Part shown: positions 37,010 to 46,249 of the stretch, piece by piece
Position numbering within the stretch: the stretch's first letter is position 1
Layout: each line of letters begins with the position of its first letter
DNA from: Plasmodiophora brassicae
Lineage: Eukaryota
Direction of reading: 5' to 3'
Length of the DNA: 64,000 nt
Assembly: GCA_036867785.1 (NCBI GenBank)
Contig: CP145410.1
Coordinates: 1 to 64,000, forward strand
The notes under the pieces: generated by a model
The model's database searches: none
What the model saw: the letters and a program-made list of their open reading frames with translations, nothing else
What the model was told of the DNA's origin: nothing
Translations under genes and position numbers: made by a program

Positions 37010-37718
37010 ATGGCGAAGGACCCGAAGACCTTGTCGCGACGGATCCTGCATGAGCACCTGTCATTGCGGGTCGACCCGGTGCCCGGGTTCAGCATCGGCT
37101 CGATAGGCAGCAGCCTACGCCACCTGTCGGTGGTCATGATGGGCCCGGAAGACAGCGCCTACCAAGGTCCGCGTGTACGCCGATGCGACTAGGTCAGCGC
37201 TCGCTGACCCTCTGTAGGCGGCACGTTCCATGCGGAGGTCTTCCTGCCGCCCGAGTACCCAACGTGCCCGCCCAAGGTTCGCATCCTGACCCGGATTTAC
37301 CAGTACGAGGGGGCTCGTACAACTCGTTCGCCACTGCCGCTGACACGCATGCCCATTGCACAGTCCCAATATTGACCATCTCGGACGCGTATGTCTGGAC
37401 GCTCTCGACGACACCGTCTGGACGCACGTTCGTATAGTCCCACGTGGCTGCGGCGCGTCGCTGTTTGTGACACGCCACGACAGGAATGCGACCTACGAGC
37501 TGTTCTTGTTAGTCTACAGTGCCTACTGGTCAGTCTGCTGGTTGGGGCCGTCGGCACACACCCTGCGCCGCTGTGCACTCATCGAGCTCTGTGTGTTTGT
37601 GCTCCAGCACTCGGCCGTGCTGGACGACCCGATCGCCGCCGATGTCGCCGAGCACTGGCGGGCGTCACCTGCCGACGCCCAGCGCACGGCCAGGAACTGG
37701 ACCAGGAAATACGGTTAG
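37010..37718 (+). CDS. Ubiquitin-conjugating enzyme E2 (UBC13-like, divergent), ~5 exons
   Basis: GPEDSAYQ|GGTF..FLPPEYP..PPKVRILTRIY|HPNID..GRVCLD, DDPIAADVAEHW, ARNWTRKY. Confidence 0.9.
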
Positions 37719-38116
37719 AAGGTGCCCCCGTTTCGTACATGAGCATGCGCTCACGTTTCCTGTTGGCAACGCTAGCAATGTCGTGACCGTCTCGCAGGCG
37801 GGTGTGCACCAGGTGGGCAGGTCCGACTATTATCATCACCGGGCCCGTACGCCCCCCGGGTCTCAGCCGCTTGTACACGTCTGCGATACATTCGACAGCG
37901 TCACGCTCGCGAACGAACATACGTAGCAGGCGTCAGCCGTACACTGCACGCGGGCGACCGACCGGTCGGAAGACGATGTCCAGAATTGTAGCCAAGAGCG
38001 CCGACCGACAGCAGCGGCGTCGGGCACTTCGACAGCAAAGGCCGGTCGGTGGGTTGGGGCGCGCACCCGCCGGCGCCGACCGGCTAGTATATCCCTATTC
38101 ACGTCGGCGCGCGCGC

Positions 38117-38959
38117 ATGCGGATCGCTCACCTGACGGACCTGCACTTCCAGAGCCTGGCGTCGGCGCGCTGGCGCGATCTGCTCGGCAAGCGGGCCATC
38201 GGCGCCGCCCACCTGCGCCTGTTCGGGCGCCAGCGCCACTTCGACAACGACGTCGCCCGCCTGGCCATCCAGGCCGTCCGGGACGTGGCGCCCGACTTCA
38301 TCGCCGTCACCGGCGACATCAGCGCCCTGTCGCTGGACGATGAGTTCGCCATGGGGCGCGACGCGCTCGCCCCCGCCCTGGACGCGACCCCGTCCCTGCT
38401 GATCGCCGGCAACCACGACATCTACACGCAGGACGCGCGGCCCCGGTTCGAGTCGTTCTTCTCGTCGTGGATGGGGTCCGCCACCGCCACCGGCCTGCGC
38501 ATCGCCCGACACGACAACGTCACGTTCGTCGGTTGCGATGGCGCGCGCCCGACCCTGATCGGGTCGCGCGGGTACATCCCAGGCGACCAGCTCGCCGACC
38601 TGGCCTCCATCCTGGCCCGCGAGCGCCCCGCCGTCCTGCTCCTGCACTACCCGGTCGTGACGTTCGACGGGCGGCCGTACCACGCCCACCACCGCTGGCA
38701 CTGCATCGAGAACGCCCCCGACCTGCTGCGGATCATCGAGCGGCACCCGCCCGCCCTGATCCTCCATGGCCACGTGCATCGCGGGTTCTCCGCCGCCTGC
38801 TATGGGGTGCCTGTGGAGAACCCGGGCGCCGCCGGCCATGCCTTCCAGGTCGCCCCGGCCCGCGCCGCCGCCTTCAACGTCTACGACGTCCGCGACGGCG
38901 ACCTGATCAGCGTGCAACGGTATGCACACGACGGGCAACGGTTCGTTGCATCAGGGTGA
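38117..38959 (+). CDS. Calcineurin-like metallophosphoesterase (Icc/CpdA-like), intronless
   Basis: Motifs TDLH, TGDIS, GNHD, LHYP, HGHVH. Confidence 0.9.
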   Translation: MRIAHLTDLHFQSLASARWRDLLGKRAIGAAHLRLFGRQRHFDNDVARLAIQAVRDVAPDFIAVTGDISALSLDDEFAMGRDALAPALDATPSLLIAGNHDIYTQDARPRFESFFSSWMGSATATGLRIARHDNVTFVGCDGARPTLIGSRGYIPGDQLADLASILARERPAVLLLHYPVVTFDGRPYHAHHRWHCIENAPDLLRIIERHPPALILHGHVHRGFSAACYGVPVENPGAAGHAFQVAPARAAAFNVYDVRDGDLISVQRYAHDGQRFVASG

Positions 38960-39008
38960 CATAAAGCCGGTCGCAACAGGGGGGACGGTGGTGTATGGGG
39001 TTGCCGGG

Positions 39009-39584
39009 TTACTGGGCGTTCTCGTCGGCGTGGCGCTCCTCGGCGACCTTGGCCTGCTCCTCGGCGAGGACCTCGTTGATGGCGTCGATCTGGGCGAGGT
39101 CCGCGTCCAGCATCGACTGGAACAGGCCGGCGACCTCGTCGTCGCCGGCCTTGTCGGCGGCGTCGACAGCGTCGGGCAGGGCCGTCTTGGTGTCGTGCGT
39201 TTCGCTGGCCAGCGCCGCCTGCAGGTTGTCGACGGTGGACCCGATCGATTCGGTGGACATCGTGTCCGTCCCGGTCGACATCTCGATCATGTCCATGGCG
39301 GACATGGCGTGGCGCTGCTCGCTCTTGGCCAGGGCGCGGAACAGGGTCGCCGCCTTCAACTGCCCTTCGTCGTCGGCGCGGTCGGCGAACCACGCGTACC
39401 GTGAGGCGGCCGCCGACTTCTCGAACAGGATCTGGCGCAGGTTCGACAGCGACTGATCCGAGACCGTCGGCTCCTCATCCGCGTCGTCGTCGTCGACGAT
39501 CTCGGCAGGGGACGACGTCGACATCAGCGCGAGCGACCGCGCGCGGGACACACGTGCCAGGACGCGACGGGATACGGCCAGCAT
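39009..39584 (-). CDS. Rubrerythrin-like (ferritin-like) protein with a mitochondrial-type presequence, degenerate diiron site
   Basis: Arg-rich MLAVSRRVLARVSRARSLALMSTS; NL..RYAWFADRADDEG..LFRALAKSEQRHA..IGSTVDNLQAALASETH. Confidence 0.8.
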   Translation of the reverse strand: MLAVSRRVLARVSRARSLALMSTSSPAEIVDDDDADEEPTVSDQSLSNLRQILFEKSAAASRYAWFADRADDEGQLKAATLFRALAKSEQRHAMSAMDMIEMSTGTDTMSTESIGSTVDNLQAALASETHDTKTALPDAVDAADKAGDDEVAGLFQSMLDADLAQIDAINEVLAEEQAKVAEERHADENAQ

Positions 39585-40018
39585 GGTTGATGGACGACTC
39601 TCGGGCGGGGCGACCGGAACAACAGCGGCAAGTCGAGTATGGCGGCGGGGCGGGCCAGCTGCGTACGGCGTCGCGTGCGGGTGCGGGTGCGACCCCCGGG
39701 GACTGCTGGGCAACGACTGGGAGCTGCACCGCCACGGAGTTGCCCTCGTGTGTCGCACACCGCCACCGGGCAAGAACGCGTGCCGGGCAATGAGCTCATG
39801 GAATTGGATCACTTCTCGGTGGCCTCTGCCCTGTGGCGTCCCGAAACATACAGAGCGTTGACGGATCTTCGGCGGGCGTTGGGGAATGCGCCACGTCTCT
39901 AGCGCTGGCAGGTTTGAACGGCGAATACGTGCACGGTTGGATACCCGAGAGGGGACTACGGGCAAGGTTACCGTGTGATTAAGTTCTGCCTCGGATTCTG
40001 CAAGAAGTACGATCATTC

Positions 40019-40190
40019 GCGGCTGGACGGATGCCGACTACTTCCATACGGTGTATTTGCCGTTCATGGCAGCGTGTCTCGTGCATGGAGAGAGTTCCCT
40101 TTCGCGTTGTCTTGCATGACTGGCGGAGCCCCATGCGCGCCATGGACGGCAAATACACCGTATGGAAGTAGTCGGCATCCGTCCAGTCGC
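40019..40190 (+). ncRNA. Candidate hairpin / pre-miRNA-like RNA (52-bp stem)
   Basis: Arms 40019-40070 and 40139-40190 are reverse complements with only two mismatches, both G-U pairs on the + strand; intergenic; no TSD. Confidence 0.55.
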
Positions 40191-40932
40191 AAAGGTACAC
40201 GTCGACAATATGTGAGGCTTCCCTGGGGTGTCGGGTCGAGCGCACTCGCCATGCTGCAAGTGTTGATCGATTCAACGGTAGCGCGGTGCAGTAGACCCTG
40301 CTCCGACGGGTCGACGAAGACCATCAGCAAGGGTGAACATGGCGGCGAAACTGTCGGGCGCGTGGTCCCGGCGAGGCGGCAGGATTGCACGATCCTTGGG
40401 CGCCCCCGACGTCGTGAAGCACAACGCGACGAATCGCCTGGTCGACTAGACCGCGTACTTCTGCCGAGGACGACGGCGACGCTGACGCTGCCCATCGCAT
40501 TGTGTCTCACGATGCCGGGGCAGCGTCCAGGTCCGCCGCTGGTCGAATTACAGTTACCCGGTAGACATAAACTGAGTTGCGCGTGAAGGACGATCAGGCC
40601 CAACAGCCACTATTTTTCGCACTCGGTAACGAGGGCAATCGCATCCAGCTCGGACATTTCCCAGCTGTTGATGATGCCGCCACGGCTCATGACCATTCGT
40701 GGGCGCGCAGGGTTCTCAACCTGGGTCTGCCGACGTTGGCCATCCCTTCCAGCGACACATCCCCTCCTCCGCACCGCCAACCGACAGCCGGTCGCTCATG
40801 CTCAGCGGCACATCGCGAGGCGCAAAATTCGGTGGCGAGTCGCTTATTTGCAAGCGCAGGTTGACGTTCGGCGGTTTTTCGTGTCCGCCGCACCCCACAT
40901 ACCGTCGTCCCGTACGTCGGTACGTGGCAGTC

Positions 40933-41884
40933 ATGGGCCAAGGTCCATCGTCCCAGGCGAACCTGCCCGATGTCAACAATGACTCGTCGAGCAGCGCGCT
41001 GAGCAATGTGGCGTTCCCGGCGCGGTCGCCGTCGACGGCGCCGACGCCGCTGAAGGAGAACGTGCTGGCGTGCCTGGCGGATCAGGGCGCGGATGCGGGG
41101 ATCGACTCGCCGGTCAACGGGCAGTCGGGGCCGCCGGTCGACCTCGTCCCGTCCGTGTTCACGTGGTCGTACGGCGGCGAGAACGTCTACATTACCGGGT
41201 CGTTCAACCAGTGGAAGTGCAAAATCCCAATGCAGCGATCCACCGTCGACTTCTCCGTCATCATCGAAGTCCCGCCTGGCGTCGTCCAGTACAAGTTCAT
41301 CGTCGACGACGAATGGTAGGCGGGGCTCCCGTGCCCTTTCTTCGCGTTTCGGTTTCATTTGCGAAGCCGTTCGGCGTCGTGTTCATCATCGTGTATATAT
41401 TCGCCATTGCCTATGCGAGCTCTTAACGTTGGTGCTGCACAGGCGGTTTGCTCCCGATCAGCCGACCGTGATGGATCCGCAGGGCGTCGTGAACAACCTA
41501 GTGGAGATCGTACCGCCACAGGACACGGAAGCCGTGTTCGACAGCGATGATGGCGAAGTGAATGTCGCGTACGGGCAGACTGAGCCGTCGACGAACGAGT
41601 ACACGAAGGAGCCCCCGCCATTGCCGCCGCACCTGGGCATCATCCTGCTGAATTCGGAAGATACCCCGGGGCAGAACGATGCCGTTATCCTACCCGTCCC
41701 GCAGCACGTCACCCTGAACCACATCTACGCGTCCAAATCCGACTCGAAGGATGTCTGCGTTCTCGGCATGACGCAACGGTACAAGTCCAAGTTCGTGACC
41801 ACCGTCTACTATCGACCGAACCCGACCATCAACGCCAACGGGGTCATCGCATCGCGAGAGGCAACACCTATGGCTGTATCGTAA
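40933..41884 (+). CDS. SNF1/AMPK beta subunit (2 exons)
   Basis: MGQGPS myristoylation motif, CBM48 (FTWSYGGENVYITGSFNQW..YKFIVDDEW), ASC domain (PPPLPPHL..HVTLNH..RYKSKFVTTVYY). Confidence 0.95.
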
Positions 41885-41928
41885 ACACAGATTTATGAGC
41901 ATCGCCGCGGATCGATCGTTGGCATCCT

Positions 41929-42807
41929 TCAGACCGAACGCGGCGTAGGTGACATCATGAAATACGGCAGCTGAGGTTCGACTTCGACCATGGCGGGTAC
42001 CATGACCGGGGGTCTCGTTCTCAAATGCTCGATTTGCCCTTCCCGCGTGACTTGCAGTGCCAACAAGTAGGCGGTCATGAAGAGCGGCGGGATCAGGGTG
42101 GTGAACGCGTTTAGCAGTCCGACCATGTTGCTCGGTAGAGTCGCGAGCAGGATCATGTAGACGGTTTGGCAGACCAAGGAGATGGCCACCAAGGCCTCCT
42201 GGTTGCCCATGACATAGCCAATGACCTTGGAAGTCGGCCTATCCGTAAACTGACCGTTCTTCTTCTTCTCCAGGTACAGGCGCCCGATGACGGCGACAGC
42301 GACGCACACGTCAAAGAGAAGGTCCGATGCCTTTTGCCAGAACCCGATCGCGTCGATGATGACGGTCCGGCAGACACCGTTCGGGGCGAGCTCAGAGCTG
42401 TTTGTGGCTACGTAAACCAACTCTACGGCCAGTCGGTACAGGAACAGGAGTGCAACACCTGGAATAAGGAAGTGGTCGGCAACGGACGTCTTGTTGAGGC
42501 TGTACACGAGGAACAGCTGGAAAGCCCAGACGGACGCGTTCATGATCATGATCGACGGGTAGATGATGTGGTTCTTGAGCATGCAGTTTTCGAGCAGGAA
42601 ATAATCCCAGATGAAGGCCGTGTTCTGAATGACGATCATCGCCATGACGACGATCCACGATGCGTACCAGTGCCACCGCGTTTGGATGCGCCGCGTATTG
42701 AACACCACCATGGCGAGGCAGAGCACGAAGCCCAGCGGTATTGCGCGAACATAGTTGTTCAGTAGGTCCGTCGATGTGTAGGGCGTTGTCAGTGACGTCG
42801 TCGACAT
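41929..42807 (-). CDS. Intronless 7-TM GPCR-like membrane protein
   Basis: Seven hydrophobic segments, Cys at the top of TM3 (ENCML) and in ECL2 (NGVCR), basic ICL3 (EKKKN). Confidence 0.7.
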   Translation of the reverse strand: MSTTSLTTPYTSTDLLNNYVRAIPLGFVLCLAMVVFNTRRIQTRWHWYASWIVVMAMIVIQNTAFIWDYFLLENCMLKNHIIYPSIMIMNASVWAFQLFLVYSLNKTSVADHFLIPGVALLFLYRLAVELVYVATNSSELAPNGVCRTVIIDAIGFWQKASDLLFDVCVAVAVIGRLYLEKKKNGQFTDRPTSKVIGYVMGNQEALVAISLVCQTVYMILLATLPSNMVGLLNAFTTLIPPLFMTAYLLALQVTREGQIEHLRTRPPVMVPAMVEVEPQLPYFMMSPTPRSV

Positions 42808-43302
42808 GGTCGCGATCCGAATGGATGTCGAAACGCCGGATACGGACCGGGTACCCCCCTCGTGCTGTCCGTCGCACACCGGTCCTGCGCAGTAAATAGG
42901 GACAGGTGTCGCACCGGGCGGTCTGCGCGACCGTCACGCGCGCGCACCCCCAAGTCATCCCCTGGAGCTATATTCGGTAGCCCCCCGCGTCCCGGACCTG
43001 CCCGTCCGGGCATCAGCTCTACCGTTGGCAGCAACCGCACGCGTGCACGGTTGCCCGGGAGCTGCGGGAACCGTCATACATTACGAAATCTGCTACCAAT
43101 AACAATAATTGATCAGAACCCAACAATGATAATAAATCTGCATCCTTGTGACATCGTAGAGTATGGACTTAGTAACACCCGGTAGTAATTTCCATATACG
43201 AGAGCTGGCAAAGCTGCTGGCGCGTTGAACTGAAAGCGTTTAACAAAATGTTGGGGAATATGCGCCATATGCTCAGTGGTGATCGATGCATATGCTGTGG
43301 GA

Positions 43303-44214
43303 TCATACTGGTTGGACACTAAATAATGGTTCGCCGTTCTGCAGCATCATTTGCACAACGTTGGCGACCGCATGCATGCATTGCGGATGGCGATAGCGCG
43401 GATGTCGGAACGGCTGGTTCAGCACTTCGAACACCTTCAGACGCTTGTTGACCGTTTCGTGTCGGGCCAAAATGCGTTTGATTATGGTGTTCATTGGATC
43501 ATCATCTTCAGGCCACTTGAAAAAGCCACGATCACGGTAACCTTTGTCCGCAATCGTTACTTCCCCTTGGCGAACATGTGCCAGGTAACCGAACCGTGCC
43601 AGCTTTAGGTCGGGCCAATCACCACAAGGAACACCCCCGGAGACCCAGACAATTCGACCAGTTCTAATACATATTCCAACCTCGTACCGGACCCCTGGCC
43701 CATTGATTTTGTGGGAATACCATTTTCGATCGAACGGCGACGGCTCCTGTATGGGGCAATCAGTCGCGTCCAAAGACACGAAACAATTGCAATGCCTTGG
43801 AGCACCGGCGAAGCGGTCTTTCCATTGGATCTGAATGCACAGGTCAACCAGGAATTAAACATGCCAGTTGTATGCGAATAATACCACTGCAAGATTGGCA
43901 AGCCGCTGTATGAACGCCCATACCCATTTCCGGAACGTTTTTTCATCGGCTCCCGTTATTGCTCGGTTGATGTGCTCAGTATCGTACCGTTTTAAGAACA
44001 GAAGCGACCACAATAAGTGAATCGGCTTCGCTGTTTGCGGCAGGTCACCTCGCAATAATGCCCACAGCAGAGAGCAAACGTCTGAGGAAACACCAAACAT
44101 CGCCCGGAACCGACGATGCCCGGTGGCTCTTCCATGCGATACCCGATGCCGGGTCAGGGTATGTCCCAACTCCCAGAAGTCGTCGGCTGTGGCAGCCTCC
44201 GCCAAAGTCGACAT
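43303..44214 (-). CDS. DDE_Tnp_4 (Harbinger/ISL2EU-like) transposase, 2 exons
   Basis: HLLWSLLFLKRY..ADEKTFRKWVW HTH; intron 43831-43884; SLDATDC, YSHK, ADKGY, RHETVNKRLKVF. Confidence 0.9.
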
Positions 44215-44895
44215 TTGCGTGCGGCCAATGTTGACGTTTGGCTTGACGCCAAATACGACTTTGGCGCCATGCAAAACGTCCGTAGGTTGATGAAACGTCG
44301 GTACTACACCAATTCCAGTGCCAATATCTCGTCTATAGCTTCGCGATATCTTCTTCTTTGATAGTTGCCGGCTGCTACGTACATTCGACTTTCTTTCAAT
44401 CGTGACTAATTCTGTTCCACATAAATGGCTGTGTTATAATCAGGTTCACAAATGGTCGGGGCACCGGCATAATGTTCAAGTTCAAATGCCCGCATTTCAA
44501 GAGAAATCCTTCATTATCGATTCCGCAGGGTACGTATAAGGTGTTCACGATATGGTGTGTTAACTTACTCGCTAACCAGGGTCATAGACCGTATCGTCCA
44601 CACAGGGTATGACGGAGAAGTCGTATGAGTAGACGTTCCTGCGTTACGTTACAGGCGCCAATGACGTATTTGGCGTGCTGCAAAAGCCGTCGATTGCCTT
44701 CCCGCCAAATACGTCATTGGCGTAGAGCCCCGATCCGACAAACGGGATGCCGGGTGCCAGATCCGACGAGGGGGTCGCCCGACCCGACGAAGGGGGCCCA
44801 ATCCGAAACGGGGCCCAATTAGACGAACGGAGGGAGAACTGCGTTGAAACATCTGGTGACCGATGTTGCAACGTGAGAACGCGACACACCCTAAA

Positions 44896-45801
44896 ATGAA
44901 GCGTTGGACCCAGAAGTCTGCGGCGCAACGACTGCTGGACAGGCTTTGCGCCGACGGGACGATAACCTCGACGACTCGGCCGCAGGACGTATACAATAAG
45001 TATCCAGATTTCCAGGCGTACACCATGGACAAGTTCCGGCGTCATTTTAACGAGACGAAGCTGAAGCAGGGCACTTTCCGTAAGCAACGTACACCATTAC
45101 GTTTATTTATTCTAATATGTACTCCAGTGCGCTCGTCTGAAGAAGGCAAAGAAGGCGACAATGAAGGAGGTGATACAAGCGCGCCAGAAGACAAGAGCGA
45201 GGACAATGATGAATCGAATGGCGATGACTCGGATTCAAAAAGCAGTCGGAAGAGGTACAAGCTTGCTCTGCCCAGCGAGTCGGAGACCCGTACCGGCGTG
45301 GATATCGACAATCCTCCCGTGATTGCCGCCGTCTACCGGGATGCAGCGACAAAGACGGACCGCGTGGTCATCTGTGCGGGGATGTTCGGCATTCCCGACG
45401 CCAAGGACGTCCATGTCGATCTAGATGAGGACGACGCCCAGACCGCCATCATTTCCTATGGCTGGCCGGCTGCGTTATTCTCACCCCAGGTCATGTGCGC
45501 GACTTGGGCATCGACGGACGAACCGCAGACATACTACGGACGCCTGAATGCGCTCGATGAAGAACTCGCGCACCACCGTCCATCGTACAGTCAGGCGCCC
45601 CGAACGACATTTCGCATAAGACTCCCCATTCCTGTCAACCCCGACACGTCGACGTGGAAAAAAGTGGGGGTCAATTCGGCGACGTCGGGTCGGTTCGTGC
45701 TGTGGGAGCTCGCGGCGAATAAGCCGCCGTATGCAGTTCCATTGGCTGACAAAATTGTGTCCGAATTTGTCGAACACGAGCCAGCCGAAACAATGCAATA
45801 A
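44896..45801 (+). CDS. Transposon accessory protein (putative DNA-binding ORF2)
   Basis: Lies inside the TIRs, divergent from the transposase; N-term W..KSAAQRLL..P.DVY..YPDFQAY..DKFRRH, acidic linker, beta-rich C-term; probable in-frame intron ~45080-45127. Confidence 0.7.
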   Translation: MKRWTQKSAAQRLLDRLCADGTITSTTRPQDVYNKYPDFQAYTMDKFRRHFNETKLKQGTFRKQRTPLRLFILICTPVRSSEEGKEGDNEGGDTSAPEDKSEDNDESNGDDSDSKSSRKRYKLALPSESETRTGVDIDNPPVIAAVYRDAATKTDRVVICAGMFGIPDAKDVHVDLDEDDAQTAIISYGWPAALFSPQVMCATWASTDEPQTYYGRLNALDEELAHHRPSYSQAPRTTFRIRLPIPVNPDTSTWKKVGVNSATSGRFVLWELAANKPPYAVPLADKIVSEFVEHEPAETMQ

Positions 45802-46249
45802 ACTGTCACATATTTGAAAGGCGTCAGGTCAACTAGAATGTCCAGATATGGCGAACGCACGCGTTCCCGCAGCTCCCCGCAGGGAACACAGCACTGCATT
45901 GGTGAACCTCCCAGTGCCGATCCGAACACGCTAAGTTCGCATGAGCCTTTGTTTACAGTGTTAAGCTTTAGCCCTGTCGCGACGTTGTCAACCCCCTTGC
46001 GTACGTTTGATCTTTGGGTGCGGCAACCAAGGCAATGAGTTCCTTTCAGTGAGTCGGAACTGGCCTTGGCGTTCATAGGTGACGCCTGCTGCCTCGTCGT
46101 CATGTGCCCGATGCGCCCCTAACAGCATGCGAACGTGCGCAGGCGAGCAGGCGTGCGACAGCAACATCGGGGTGGCCATGCAGCCCCGTGCCTATATACA
46201 GGCCTAGGTACAACCACTACCTGCGTAGGGTGGGCACCTGCAGGTCGAC

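Larger units (their letters stand above)
43058..45876. mobile_element. Complete PIF/Harbinger-type DNA transposon (2819 bp, two divergent genes)
   Basis: 14-bp TIR GGAGCTGCGGGAAC (43058-43071) / GTTCCCGCAGCTCC (45863-45876); 3-bp TSD CCG at 43055-43057 and 45877-45879; lower GC than flanks. Confidence 0.85.
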
